From an uncultured Chloroflexia bacterium (GTDB taxonomy: Bacteria > Chloroflexota > Limnocylindria > Limnocylindrales > CSP1-4): a DNA stretch of 64,000 bases. The notes beneath the pieces were generated by a model. That model saw nothing but the letters and a program-made list of their open reading frames with translations. It ran no database searches and had not been told where the DNA came from. The stretch lies in contig CAVVYR010000029.1 in NCBI GenBank assembly GCA_963752475.1, positions 32,001 to 96,000 of the forward strand. Reading direction: 5' to 3'. A program made the position numbers and the translations under genes. Below are positions 1 through 10,428 of the stretch, piece after piece. Positions within the stretch are counted from its first letter, which is position 1, and every line of letters begins with the position of its first letter.

Positions 1-883
1 CGTGCACTTCGAAGGAGACCGGCTCCGGGATGCCCGGACCGCTCAGGTCATGAGCGCTCAGGCGAACGTCGCCGATCTCGACGGATTCCTTCACGAAGAA
101 GGCCGATGCGTCGCGCCCCACCATCAGCTGGACGAGGCCATCCGGGGTGGTCTCTGCCACCGGCTGTGTACCCACCCAGCGGCCATCCTTGAGCACCGTC
201 ACACGGTCGCCGATCTCAAGGACCTCCTCGAGGTAGTGCGAGATGTAGATGATGCCCAGTCCCTTTTCCGCCAGCCGGCGCACCAGGCCCAGTAGGTGCT
301 CCGTCTCGCTCTGGCCGAGCGAGGCCGTGGGTTCGTCGAGCACCAGGACCGACGGCTCGAAGCTGAGCGCCCGCACGATCATCGTGAGTTGTCGCTCCGC
401 TGGCGAGAGATCCGCCCCCAGCGCATCGGGGTCGAGCCCGACGCCAAGGTCGTCGACCAGCTCGCGAACCACGCGGCGCTGGTGGCTACCGTCGACGACG
501 CCGAGCCCGCTCGTCGGCTCCTTGCCCAGGAAGATGTTCTCGGCCACCGACAAGCTGGTGACGATGTCCGCGTCCTGATAGATGGTGCTGACACCAAGCG
601 CCAACGCGGTGCGTGGCGTGAGGTGGTCGTGCGGCTCTCCGGAGATCCGGACCGTGCCTCGATCCGGTCGTTCGACGCCGGCCAGGATCTTCATCAGCGT
701 GGACTTGCCAGCGCCGTTCTCACCGACCAGGCAATGCACTTCGCCGGCGTACAGGTCGAAGCTGACGTCGACGAGGGCGCGCGTACCCGGATACGTCTTG
801 GAGATGGCCTCGAGAGAGAGGACCGGCCGCTCGGTTCGCGTCTCCGCGACCGAACGCCCGGTCCCTTCAGCTTGCGCGATCAA
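1..883 (-). CDS. Monosaccharide ABC transporter ATP-binding protein (RbsA/MglA type), runs off the window edge
   Basis: Absent from the ORF track because there is no stop in the window. Manual translation from TTG at 883 gives GEVHCLVGENGAGKSTLMKIL (Walker A), LSVAENIFLGKE and MVGRD. Confidence 0.92.
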   Translation of the reverse strand, partial: MIAQAEGTGRSVAETRTERPVLSLEAISKTYPGTRALVDVSFDLYAGEVHCLVGENGAGKSTLMKILAGVERPDRGTVRISGEPHDHLTPRTALALGVSTIYQDADIVTSLSVAENIFLGKEPTSGLGVVDGSHQRRVVRELVDDLGVGLDPDALGADLSPAERQLTMIVRALSFEPSVLVLDEPTASLGQSETEHLLGLVRRLAEKGLGIIYISHYLEEVLEIGDRVTVLKDGRWVGTQPVAETTPDGLVQLMVGRDASAFFVKESVEIGDVRLSAHDLSGPGIPEPVSFEVH

Positions 884-907
884 GGGTGAGCAGGGTGGCT
901 CTAGGGA

Positions 908-1981
908 CTAGCGACCCACGAGCAGTTCGGGGTAGTGGGTCTCGGTCAGCTCCCAGTAGATGTCGTCGGGGATCCACGGAACGACCTGGGTGGGGTCGTC
1001 CATGTTCGCCTCGGTGACCTCGATGACCGGCAGCACGATGTGCTGGTTGATCTCATCGGTGCAGCCGCTCACGTAGTTGTTGAGCGCGTGATAGGCGACG
1101 AAGCCCTCCCAGCCGGGGGAGCTGCTGATGGTGTAGTGCAGCGAACCGTCCTGCAGCAGCTGGACGCCGACATCGGGATCGCCGTTCTGCGCGAAGACCT
1201 TGATGGGGTCGTTCAGCGCACCCTCGTTGCGGAGCATGCGGATGACCGCGCTGGCCATGTCCTCGTCCATGACGAAGAGGAGGCCGAAGTCCTCGCCTGC
1301 GAAGAGCAGGTCCTGGGCCAGCTGCGCGGCGTTGTCGGGGCTGTAGCCGGTCTCCTGGATGCCGACGAGCTCGTTGACGCCCAGCTCTTCAGCCTTGGTC
1401 GTCATGCCCTCGTTGATCTTCTCGCTCGGCGGAGAGCCGAAGATGCCGGTCAGGATGTAGAAGGCCTCGCCGGGATGGTTGTCGGCCATCCACTGGGCAT
1501 AGGACTCACCCATGCCGACCCAGTCGAAGTCGACCGAGGCGACGTGGTCGGTACCGTTGGCGATGACCGTGCCCACGCTATCGGTGAGGACGACCGGGAT
1601 GCCAGCGTCGTTGCCGGCGTTGGCGGCCGCGGTCGCACCAGCCTCGGTGGACGAGAACATGCTGATGCCGTCGACCTCTTCGTTCACCGCGTTGGCGATG
1701 TTCTGGAGTTCCTTCTCGGCGTCGTAGGCGGTGTCGTACTCGATGACCGTATTGCCGTCTGCCTCAGCCGCGAACTTGAAGCCGTCGACATCTCGCTGGT
1801 ACCAGGTGTCCGGTCCGGGCTTGATGTAGGCGTACGTCTTGCCGCCGGCGGTCGGGTCACAGGCCGCGGCGTCGTCCTGCGCCACCGCCGGTGCCGCTCC
1901 AGCGAGCATCGAGCCGGCCAGGACCGCGCCACTGACAAGGGCGATGCGCGCGTGCGCGCGAGTAGGGGAACCAGCAGTCAT
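908..1981 (-). CDS. Sugar ABC substrate-binding protein (Peripla_BP_4/RbsB-like)
   Basis: Signal peptide ending AVAQD, GIPVVLTD motif, GGAG RBS, directly upstream of the ABC ATPase. Confidence 0.9.
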   Translation of the reverse strand: MTAGSPTRAHARIALVSGAVLAGSMLAGAAPAVAQDDAAACDPTAGGKTYAYIKPGPDTWYQRDVDGFKFAAEADGNTVIEYDTAYDAEKELQNIANAVNEEVDGISMFSSTEAGATAAANAGNDAGIPVVLTDSVGTVIANGTDHVASVDFDWVGMGESYAQWMADNHPGEAFYILTGIFGSPPSEKINEGMTTKAEELGVNELVGIQETGYSPDNAAQLAQDLLFAGEDFGLLFVMDEDMASAVIRMLRNEGALNDPIKVFAQNGDPDVGVQLLQDGSLHYTISSSPGWEGFVAYHALNNYVSGCTDEINQHIVLPVIEVTEANMDDPTQVVPWIPDDIYWELTETHYPELLVGR

Positions 1982-2115
1982 CAGTAACTCCTCACTCCTG
2001 CTTGGACCGAGAGCATCCGGGAATCCGGAGCCCGGGGGCCCTCATCGTGACACGCACTGTCAATCGAGGATCGACCAACGTGCCGCCATGGATGGGCGCG
2101 CTCAGCGACGCCCGC

Positions 2116-3018
2116 TCAGGCCTCGCTGTGGGCGATCGCCTCGCGCCAGCGACGCACCGATTCCACGAGGTCGGTGAGCGTTTCATCATCGGGCGCCTCG
2201 AAAGCGGGCATGACCTCGAAGATGAGCGGCGCCGTCGATCCCGGCCCCAGAGCCTCGAGTACCGCCGCTGGACGGATCCGTCCCGTCTCATCGTGCTCAG
2301 GGGTGAACGGCCAGTGCCGGTCACCGTGGACGTCGGTCTGCTGGATCTGGATGACCGCTGCCCGCTGGCCCAGCCGTCGCAGCCAGGCATAGGGATCACG
2401 CTCCTCCCCCTCGGTCCCCGGCACGCACATGTGTCCCACGTCGAGACACAGCTGGAGCGGGACGTGCTCGTCGTCACCATCGGTGATGAGTGATTCGATG
2501 TCGGCCATCGTCGACGGCTCGCGCCGGGCGGCGAGGTTCTCGACGAGGAACCCCTGCAGCCCGCGGCGTCGAGCTGACGCTGCGAGTCGGTCGAGGCGCA
2601 TCCGTAGCTCGTCCCAGAGCTTCGAGCGTCGCTCCGCATCAGCCCAGTCAGGGACGCTGAAGGCACCGACATGCCCGCCGACCGACTCGGCGCCGAGCCG
2701 CGACGTGAACTCGATGGCGATCTCGTACCAGCGCTCCGCCGCATCCCGTTCGCGCACGTCCGGGTGCAGGAGCAGGTTCGAGGAATAGCCGGCGACGCCG
2801 GTGAAGGCCGAGTGGATGGCGATCCCGTGCCGATCCGCCGCCTCCCGGTGCTCGACGGCCACGCGGGCCAGCGTGTCGCCGTCCTGGGTCAGGTCGACGA
2901 GGTCAAGTGAGACCTGGACCAGATCGAGGCCGAGCGTGTCACGCACGACCGGGGCCCAGTCCGCGGGACGTGGCCAGCGCTTGACGGCGAAACAGGTGTT
3001 GATTCCGAGCTGGACCAT
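2116..3018 (-). CDS. Sugar phosphate isomerase/epimerase, xylose-isomerase-like TIM barrel (EryC-like)
   Basis: Starts MVQLGINTCFAVKRWP after a GGAGG RBS. Metal motifs LVENL, LCLDVGH, QQTD..GDRHWPF and IFEV are present. Confidence 0.8.
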   Translation of the reverse strand: MVQLGINTCFAVKRWPRPADWAPVVRDTLGLDLVQVSLDLVDLTQDGDTLARVAVEHREAADRHGIAIHSAFTGVAGYSSNLLLHPDVRERDAAERWYEIAIEFTSRLGAESVGGHVGAFSVPDWADAERRSKLWDELRMRLDRLAASARRRGLQGFLVENLAARREPSTMADIESLITDGDDEHVPLQLCLDVGHMCVPGTEGEERDPYAWLRRLGQRAAVIQIQQTDVHGDRHWPFTPEHDETGRIRPAAVLEALGPGSTAPLIFEVMPAFEAPDDETLTDLVESVRRWREAIAHSEA

Positions 3019-3127
3019 GTCACTTCCTCCGGCGGGCGGGACAGCCGAGACGATATCAGCAGGAACGATCGAGGCGGGCTCGCAGATGGTCAGGGCCTTC
3101 GGCATCGAGCCGAACGACGCTGCTGGT

Positions 3128-3898
3128 CTAGAACTTGCCGCTGTTGGGCTGTGGGCCCTCCGGCATCGGCTCCATGTTGTCCCAGTGCTCGACGATCTGG
3201 CCATCCTTCACCCGGAAAAGGTCGAAGACGGCCAGCTCCTGGCCCAGGAACACGTGGCTGTAGACCATCACGAAGTCACCCTGGCCGATGATCTTGAAGA
3301 CGTCGCGATAGACCATGTCGCTGCCGGGGCCGGCCATGAACGCCTGGAGGGCCTCCAGCCCGTCGGGCACCCGCGGGTCGTGCTGGATGTACCTCTCGGC
3401 CGAGACGTAGTCGACGATGCGCTCGGTCCGGTGGTGGACCAGGACGTCATCGACGAACGATGCCACCAGCGCCTTGTTCTCCTCGGTCTTGTCCTCATCG
3501 CTGATCCGCGTGGGGCCGTCGATCTGGGTGTGACCGTTGGCGGAGGGCTCATCGCTGTAGGCGGCGATGACGTCCCAGTGCTCGACGATCCTGTCGTTCT
3601 GGTCGGTATCGAAGAGGTCGGTCGTGACCCACTTGGCGGCGCCGTCGTTGATGTCCTGGTAGACGTGGACGAAGACGAAGTTCCCGTCCACGAGCGAACG
3701 GACCACCCGGATATCGCGCTTGGGGTTGTTCCGGACGAACGGCTCGAAGAAGGCTACGAAGCCCTCGACGCCGTCGGCCACGCCGGTGCTGTGCTGGGTG
3801 TAGCGATCGCCGGTATAGGCCTCGACCGCGCAGCGGACATCGCCGTCACGGATGCCTTCCATGTACAGGGCCGTCGCGTTGGCGAGCTTCTGGTTCAT
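3128..3898 (-). CDS. Tandem NTF2/SnoaL-like domain protein
   Basis: Two repeats, each with Y(T/I)QH and ending in DLF..D..IVEHWD. Confidence 0.85.
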   Translation of the reverse strand: MNQKLANATALYMEGIRDGDVRCAVEAYTGDRYTQHSTGVADGVEGFVAFFEPFVRNNPKRDIRVVRSLVDGNFVFVHVYQDINDGAAKWVTTDLFDTDQNDRIVEHWDVIAAYSDEPSANGHTQIDGPTRISDEDKTEENKALVASFVDDVLVHHRTERIVDYVSAERYIQHDPRVPDGLEALQAFMAGPGSDMVYRDVFKIIGQGDFVMVYSHVFLGQELAVFDLFRVKDGQIVEHWDNMEPMPEGPQPNSGKF

Positions 3899-4006
3899 GC
3901 GTGTCCTCTGCTTCCGAGACATTCGGGGGCGACTAACTGGAGGGTGCCAGCGCGATGAGGGTGTCCCTCGCGGCCCGTCAGCCTGTGCGCTGCCGGGCCG
4001 TTGCTC

Positions 4007-4958
4007 TCAGGCAGCCCACTCCTTGGCGAGGGCGCCCAACAGGTCGACGTAGTCGAGGTCGTGAGGCATGAAGTCCTGGAGCACGATCATGTCGACCCCA
4101 GCGTCTGCGTAGGCGCGGATCGTGGCGGCCGCCTGGTCTGGTGTACCGACGGCCCAGGAACCGCCCCGCTCCGACGTGAGCGACGCCGCGCTCTCGAGTT
4201 CCAAGGTCTCGACGATGTCGGCGATGCGGCGGTCGGCCTCGCCGCGATCGGCGCCGATAGCGGCGGCACACAGCACGGATGTCATGACCTCGCCCGGGTC
4301 GCGGCCAACGGCTGAGCAAGTGTCGCGGAAGCGACCGAGGGTCTCGGCCGTGCCGGCGGGATCGATGGTGTTGAGGTTGAGATGGTCGGACCACCGTGCG
4401 GCCGTGCGCAGCCCTCGCGGCTTGCCGACGGTACCCATGATCAACGGGATCCCCGGCTGTCTGTACGGGCTTGGGCGCGTACCGCGTGTCCTCCACCGTG
4501 TAGTGCTCCCCGTGGAATGACCAGCCCGGCGCCTCGGTCCAGAAGCCGCGCACGACCTGGAACTGCTCCTCCATCATCTCGATGCGAGTGGTCCAGTCGT
4601 GGAAGGCCAGGCCGTGGCGCGTGTGTTCGGCTTCGTTCCAGCCGGCGCCCAGGCCTAGCTCCACGCGACCGCCGCTCATCTCGTCGATGGTGGCCACGAC
4701 CTTGGCCACGTTGGCCGGATGTCGGAACGTGACCGGCGAGACCATCGTCCCGTGCCGCAAGGTGGAGGTCTCGTGCACGAGGCCCGCGATCGTGGCCCAG
4801 GCATCGGTCGTGTGCTTGCCCGCAGGGCCGGGGAACGACTCGTAGTGGTCGGACCGATAGAGGGTCTCGAAGCCGGCGGCCTCGGCGTGCTGCGCGATCT
4901 CGACGTGGGTCGACCAGTCGACGTCTTGCTGGTTCTCGATCATCAGGGCGAAACGCAT
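4007..4958 (-). pseudogene. LLM-class F420-dependent oxidoreductase, split by a +1 frameshift near 4460 (possibly a sequencing error)
   Basis: N-part has YRSDHY, VSPVTFRHP and SGGRVELGLGAGW. Removing the T at 4460 restores PKPVQQPGIPLIMG and joins ORF 4007-4444. Confidence 0.85.
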
Positions 4959-5173
4959 ACTCACCTCTTGCCGGGCTGCCAATCGCGGTCGTTGCCGCCA
5001 GCCCATGGTATGTCGGCGCTGCGCTTGGAATCGGTCTGGTCCATCGTCTCACTGGGGTTCTGTTGCAACCGGCTTGCCGGATCGCGCGACTCGACAACGG
5101 GTCTTGATCAGCGCAGCGTCGGGCGAGATCGGGTACCAGACGCACCTGGCTCTCGCGCCCGGGAGACGATGAA

Positions 5174-5196
5174 GCCCCGGACTTCATGCCCGGGGC
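5174..5196 (-). terminator. GC hairpin downstream of the SBP gene
   Basis: gccccgg...ccggggc inverted repeat with a short A-run on its left side. Confidence 0.45.
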
Positions 5197-5247
5197 CCAT
5201 CGCGTTAGCGGACGGGTTTGCAGCTCCCGCCCGATTCGATCAGGTCG

Positions 5248-6330
5248 CTATTCGGCCTTGGGGCACGCGAACGTGTTGCAGACCTCCTGTGCGTTGTCCG
5301 GCGCGACCGTGTCGAACGGCAGCACCAGCCACAGCGGCGGATTGGTGCCGTTCACGAGCAGTTCATAGGCCCAGTCGATGGCCTGCTGGCCGCCGGTGGG
5401 ATAGACGAACGTGACGCCAAGCCTGCCGTCGAGGACGGACATGATGCCGCCGTCGGGGGTCGGCAGGGCGTCGATGCCGATGAACAGGACCTCGCTAGCG
5501 TCGATGCCCGCGTCCTGGGCGGCGATGTATGCGCCCTCGGCCATGGGGTCGTTGTGTCCATACAGGACGTCGACATCGGGATGGGCCTGGAAGGCAGCTG
5601 CCGCGGACGGCACGGCCTTCTCACGCAGCCAGTCGGCGTTCTGCGAGAAGACGATGTTGTCCTCCGCCAGGCCACCGGCCTCGAGACCCATACGGAAGCC
5701 GTCACCACGGTCCTTGGCGGGCGGAGCGCCCTCCAGGCCGCGGATCTCAGCGATCTTGCAGGCGTCGCGACCGTTGTCCGCGCACCACTGGGCCGCATAC
5801 TCACCGGCGCCCTGGCCGATGGCCACGTTGTCGGCGCCGATGAACATGGAATAGTTGGTCTCGACCAGGTTGCGGTCGAGCACGATGACCGGGACGCAGT
5901 CCTCCCAAGCCTCCTTGACGATGTCATTCAGGGGAGCCGCCTCGTTGGGGGAGATGATCAGCAGGTCGATGCCCTGGATGAGCAGGTTCTCGACGTCACT
6001 GACCTGGTCGGCATTGTCCTGGGCGGCATCCTGGAAGACGATCTCGATCTCGGGATAGCCTTCCGCCGCAGCGGCGAGCTGGCTGTCCATGGCCTCGCGC
6101 CATGGCTCGGCGCGGTTCGCCTGCGACATGCCCACAAGGTACGTGTCCTTGGCTTCCGGCATCGGACAATCGGCGGGCAGCGGGCCGTCGGCTCGCGCGT
6201 CCTCCTTGACGGTGCCGCCACCGAGCTGATCGTCGGTATACGGGGTCCAGGCGTCTGCGGCCAGGGCAGCGGACGCCGAGCCTACGGTCAGCGCGGCTGT
6301 GAGCGCGCCGACGAGGATCTTCTTGGTCAT
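5248..6330 (-). CDS. Sugar ABC substrate-binding protein (RbsB-like)
   Basis: Signal peptide, VGMSQAN..EPWR, LLIISPNE, FIGADN, YGHNDPMA and FIGID motifs. Confidence 0.93.
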   Translation of the reverse strand: MTKKILVGALTAALTVGSASAALAADAWTPYTDDQLGGGTVKEDARADGPLPADCPMPEAKDTYLVGMSQANRAEPWREAMDSQLAAAAEGYPEIEIVFQDAAQDNADQVSDVENLLIQGIDLLIISPNEAAPLNDIVKEAWEDCVPVIVLDRNLVETNYSMFIGADNVAIGQGAGEYAAQWCADNGRDACKIAEIRGLEGAPPAKDRGDGFRMGLEAGGLAEDNIVFSQNADWLREKAVPSAAAAFQAHPDVDVLYGHNDPMAEGAYIAAQDAGIDASEVLFIGIDALPTPDGGIMSVLDGRLGVTFVYPTGGQQAIDWAYELLVNGTNPPLWLVLPFDTVAPDNAQEVCNTFACPKAE

Positions 6331-6502
6331 CCTTGGTTCCTTTCAGGTAGACGTACGTGACTGGAACTCGGCTCGTGATCGTACTTCTGTCAGGTGCCAC
6401 CCCCTCGTCGCGTGATCCGGTGCTCGACGTGGTCGTCGGTATGCATCGGCTGTCCTTCGCGTGATGACCGAGAACGCAGGTTCGTCGCTTCTCCTCCTCG
6501 TG

Positions 6503-8065
6503 CTACTCGTCTGCCAGGCGTGGACGCATCTGCTGAAGCGCTACCGCACCCACCACTAGCATTCCCTTGATGATCAACTGGGCGTTGCTGTTCACGTTGT
6601 TGAGGCTGAGCATGTTGTCGAGGATGCCCAGGATGAATGCGCCCGCGACGGCGCCGGCGATGGTCCCTCGGCCGCCCATCAGACTGGCACCGCCGATGAC
6701 CACTGCCGCGATGGCGTTGAGCTCGTAGCCCACGGCTTCATTGGGACTGCCCTGGTCGAGCTGTGCCGCATGCACGATGCCAGCCATGGCGGCGAAGAAG
6801 GCGCAGAGCATGAAGGCCATGATCTTGATGCGAGAGACGGCCAAGCCTGACAGTCGTGCAGCGACCTGATTGCCGCCGATCGCGTAGAGATACCGACCCC
6901 ACGTCGAGTAGCGCAAGACCAGGGCCATGATGGTGGCCACGCTGAACATGATGAGCGCCGGTACCGGGAGCTGCGGGAGCGCGTCGTGCACATCCAGGCG
7001 CTGGCCGATGACCTCGAACATCGGGTCGGCCCCGCCCTCGCCATAGGAGATGGGCACGGCGATATCGTTGGACCAGATATGGGCGATGCCGCGGGCTACG
7101 CTCATCATCGCCAGGGTGGTGATGAAGGCGGGAACTCGGAAGCGCTCGCTCAGCCAGCCGTTCCACCAGCCGATGAACAGGCCCAGCGCCAGGATGACCA
7201 TGACCGCCGCGTACCAGGGCACGAGGTCGCGCATGAGCAGATAGGCCACGCCTGTAGCGCCGAGGGCCACGACCGAGCCGACAGAGAGGTCGATGCCGCC
7301 GATGATGATGACCAGCAGCATGCCCACCGCGAGGATCCCGGTCTCCGAGACGTCACGCGCGACGTTGCTCAGGTTGCGCTGGTTGAGGAACAGGATGCTG
7401 TCGTCGCGCGTGGGCGAGAAGACGATGGCCAGCACGATGACGATGAAGAGCCCGAAGAACGGCTGGAAGCGGAAGACGAGCGAGACCGACTTGGCCACGC
7501 GCGGGTTGTCCATCCAGGCGCCCACGGACTCGCGCAGTCGTTGCAGCCAGTTCACCTCGCTCGAGACGGTCTGCAAGGACGCGGTCGACCGCACTGCGAA
7601 GCGCTGGATGATGAGCACGGCTGAGGCGAAGCACGCCAGCCAGAACCCGACGCCGGTGTGCTGCAGCAGTTGCACCGGCGAGTCGCTGTCGTCGAGGAAA
7701 TACAGCACGAAGTAGGCGAAGGTGATGAGCCCGCCGACCGGCACGAGGGCCGAGGCCCAGCGGAGACCCCAGCGCTCGCTGGTCGTGATGTAGAGGCTGA
7801 CGCCGGCGACCACGGCCCCAAGAGGCACGAGCAGCAGCCGCCATCGCGTGTCCGCGAGGTAGGCGCTGAGATCCTCCGACAGCGGCGGCGAGCCTGAGAA
7901 GAGCAGGCTGATCGCGCTGACATCGACGCCTTCCTCGCTCATCCATGGCAACGCGAAGAAGGCCAGGGCCACAGCCACGATGCCGCCAAGACAGAGGACG
8001 TCGACCGGCGTCAGGCGAGCGCTCCTCCAGCCCCGTGGCGTGGCCCTTGCGGATCGCTGGCTCAT
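6503..8065 (-). CDS. Sugar ABC permease (RbsC-like) with an extra N-terminal membrane domain
   Basis: GGIDLSVGS, VPAFITTL, YAIGGN and GYELNAIAAVVIGG motifs; about 190 extra hydrophobic N-terminal residues. Start inferred at MSQRS. Confidence 0.9.
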   Translation of the reverse strand: MSQRSARATPRGWRSARLTPVDVLCLGGIVAVALAFFALPWMSEEGVDVSAISLLFSGSPPLSEDLSAYLADTRWRLLLVPLGAVVAGVSLYITTSERWGLRWASALVPVGGLITFAYFVLYFLDDSDSPVQLLQHTGVGFWLACFASAVLIIQRFAVRSTASLQTVSSEVNWLQRLRESVGAWMDNPRVAKSVSLVFRFQPFFGLFIVIVLAIVFSPTRDDSILFLNQRNLSNVARDVSETGILAVGMLLVIIIGGIDLSVGSVVALGATGVAYLLMRDLVPWYAAVMVILALGLFIGWWNGWLSERFRVPAFITTLAMMSVARGIAHIWSNDIAVPISYGEGGADPMFEVIGQRLDVHDALPQLPVPALIMFSVATIMALVLRYSTWGRYLYAIGGNQVAARLSGLAVSRIKIMAFMLCAFFAAMAGIVHAAQLDQGSPNEAVGYELNAIAAVVIGGASLMGGRGTIAGAVAGAFILGILDNMLSLNNVNSNAQLIIKGMLVVGAVALQQMRPRLADE

Positions 8066-8070
8066 CGGTG

Positions 8071-9672
8071 CTACCCCTGCGGCTGGGCGCCAGCCAGGAG
8101 GCTGTCGCTGGGCTTGTCGGTGAAGCGAGTGGCCGCTTCCATGATGGCTTCCTGGTCGAACGCCTCCCGCTCGAACTGACCCGTCAGGCGACCGTCGCAG
8201 AGCACATAGATGCGGTCGCAAACAGCTAGCAGCTCGGGCATCTCGCTCGACACCAGTAGGAAGGCCGTGCCGTTCTTGGCCAGCTGTCCAACCAGCTGGT
8301 AGATCTCGGCCTTGGCGCCCACGTCGATCCCTCGCGTAGGTTCGTCGAGGAGGAAGAGCGAGATCTCGCTCAGCAGGAACTTGCCGATGACGACCTTCTG
8401 CTGATTACCGCCGCTGAGGCTGGCGACCATGGTGTCGATGCTCGGAGTCTTGATGCTCAGGTCTTCCACGACGCGGCTAACGGCCTGCTTCTCAGCGCGC
8501 TGGCTGATGACGCGCAGCCGATTGGTGAACTGGCCCAGCGAGGCCAGCGTGGCGTTGGCTGTCACTGACTGCTCCAGTACCAGGCTCTGCAGCTTGCGGT
8601 CCTCGGCCACCAGCCCCAGGCCGCGGGCGATGGCGTCCTGTGGCGAATCGAAGACGACCCGCTGACCCTTGAGGAAGATGCTGCCGCTCAGGCTCTCGGG
8701 TGGGTATGCCCCGAAGACGGCCTCCAGTAGCTGGGTGCGTCCGGCACCCATGAGGCCGGCCACGCCCACGATCTCGCCCTCGCGTACGTTGACCGAGACA
8801 TCGTCGAGCACATGCGTGCGGCCCTGGCGGTAGGTCAGGTGCTCGACCCGCAGGACCTCCTCGCCTGTCTCAACGGGCACCTTGGGGTAGAGCTCGTCCA
8901 GGTCCCGACCGACCATCAAGCTGATGAGCTCGCGGCGGGGCAGTTCCGCGGCCCTGCCATGGCCCACAACGCGGCCGTCACGCAGGACGGTGATGCGATC
9001 GGTGATGGCGTAGACCTCGTCGAGCCGGTGCGAGATGTAGACGACGGCCACGTCGTGCTCGCGCAACCCTCGGATGACACCGAAGAGGTACTCGACCTCG
9101 CTATCGCTGAGCGCTGAGGTCGGCTCGTCCATGACGAGGACCCTGGTATCGAGACTAAGAGCCTTGGCGATCTCGACCAACTGGCGTTGGCTCACGCGCA
9201 GGCGGTCGATGGTGCGATCCGTGTCGATGTCCAGCCCGAGGCGTGACATCAGTTCCTCGGCCGCCTTGCGCATGGCGCCCCGGTCGATCGTGCCCAGACG
9301 GGTCTTCATCTCGCGACCCAGGAAGATGTTCTCGAAGACCGACAGCTCCGGCACCAGGTTCAGCTCCTGGTGGATCATGGCTACACCGCTGTCGATGGCC
9401 TCGCGTGTGCTGTCGAAGGCGACCGGTTCGCCATCGAGCAGCATCGAGCCGTCGTACTCGGTATAGATGCCGCTCATGATCTTCATCAGGGTGGACTTGC
9501 CCGCACCGTTCTCTCCCACCAGGCCGTGGACCTGGCCCACGTGCACGTCGAACGAGACGTCGTCGAGGGCGACCACGCCAGGGAAACGCTTGGTGATGTT
9601 GCGCATGACCATGTGAGGCGGCACAGCCGTGACCCCCATCGCTCCCCCATCAGCCGGTCGCGGGTCGGTCAT
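8071..9672 (-). CDS. Sugar ABC ATP-binding protein (RbsA-like, two NBDs)
   Basis: GENGAGKS, VMDEPT, LSGGNQQK and DEPTRGIDVGAK motifs. Confidence 0.96.
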   Translation of the reverse strand: MTDPRPADGGAMGVTAVPPHMVMRNITKRFPGVVALDDVSFDVHVGQVHGLVGENGAGKSTLMKIMSGIYTEYDGSMLLDGEPVAFDSTREAIDSGVAMIHQELNLVPELSVFENIFLGREMKTRLGTIDRGAMRKAAEELMSRLGLDIDTDRTIDRLRVSQRQLVEIAKALSLDTRVLVMDEPTSALSDSEVEYLFGVIRGLREHDVAVVYISHRLDEVYAITDRITVLRDGRVVGHGRAAELPRRELISLMVGRDLDELYPKVPVETGEEVLRVEHLTYRQGRTHVLDDVSVNVREGEIVGVAGLMGAGRTQLLEAVFGAYPPESLSGSIFLKGQRVVFDSPQDAIARGLGLVAEDRKLQSLVLEQSVTANATLASLGQFTNRLRVISQRAEKQAVSRVVEDLSIKTPSIDTMVASLSGGNQQKVVIGKFLLSEISLFLLDEPTRGIDVGAKAEIYQLVGQLAKNGTAFLLVSSEMPELLAVCDRIYVLCDGRLTGQFEREAFDQEAIMEAATRFTDKPSDSLLAGAQPQG

Positions 9673-10052
9673 CGCGAGGTGGTGGCGATGATGATGCCCA
9701 CGGCTCGCTCGGCCGCCATCGCGCCAAAGCTGGCCGCCTCTCGCTCAGGACTCTCATCGGTGCTGGAGAGCATCAGCGTGTAGCCGTGGCGCTGGGCCAC
9801 ATCTTCGGCACCGCGGGTCACGGCGGTGAAGAAGGGATTGCCGATGTCGCCGCTGACCAGGCCCAGAATGCGAGCGGTATCCGCGCGCATGTTGCGGGCC
9901 AGGTTGTTGGGGATGTACTCCAGGTCGTCAGCGGCATCGATGATGACCCTGAGCGCGGTGGTGCTGACCTGTCTGGGATCTCCTGAAAGCGCGCGTGAGA
10001 CCGTCGCGACGAATACCCCGGCCCGCTCTGCGACATCAGCCATCGTTGGCAT
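9669..10052 (-). pseudogene. Truncated LacI-family regulator (HTH plus start of the sensor domain only)
   Basis: TMADVAERAGVFVATVSRAL, YIPNNLAR and NPFF motifs; stops at 127 aa instead of about 340. Confidence 0.85.
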
Positions 10053-10174
10053 CTGCGGTCCCTGGTCCCCTCCCCGGGATGCGTCTCATGAAACCGATCT
10101 CGGGTCCCTGACGCGCATGCCCAACGTGATCCACGCATGATTCGAACGCCACGCAAGACCTCTGCCAAGGGTAG

Positions 10175-10188
10175 TGAAACCGATTACA
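10175..10188. promoter_or_regulatory. LacI-family operator-like palindrome TGAAACCGATTACA (weaker copy TGAAACCGATCTCG at 10089-10102)
   Basis: Fits the TGwAAnCGnTTwCA consensus and lies upstream of the LacI remnant and ABC operon. Confidence 0.7.
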
Positions 10189-10428
10189 TGACTGAAGTCA
10201 ATGATCCGGCTCTCGCCCATCGCACGAGTTCGATACACTGAATCCGGCATCCGATGTCGAACGCCCAGCGATCCCACTTGTGCCCTGCGCAGCAGCGTGA
10301 GTTGCGAATAGGGCATCGTCAATCCGGTGCGGCTCGAGCGCTCGTTGATCGGCGCCGACGACGTGCTCCTCGGGCGCGAGGCCGGCAGCCAGGCCGCGGC
10401 GGCGGCCCCAAGAGCGCGAAAACGGCGG

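Noticed and set aside
4455-4465. Programmed ribosomal frameshifting at the broken genes
   Set aside because: No slippery sequence or stimulatory structure is evident, and these families are not known to use recoding.
10190-10428. Possible gene remnant between the LacI promoter and cytochrome c
   Set aside because: No recognisable motif in any frame.
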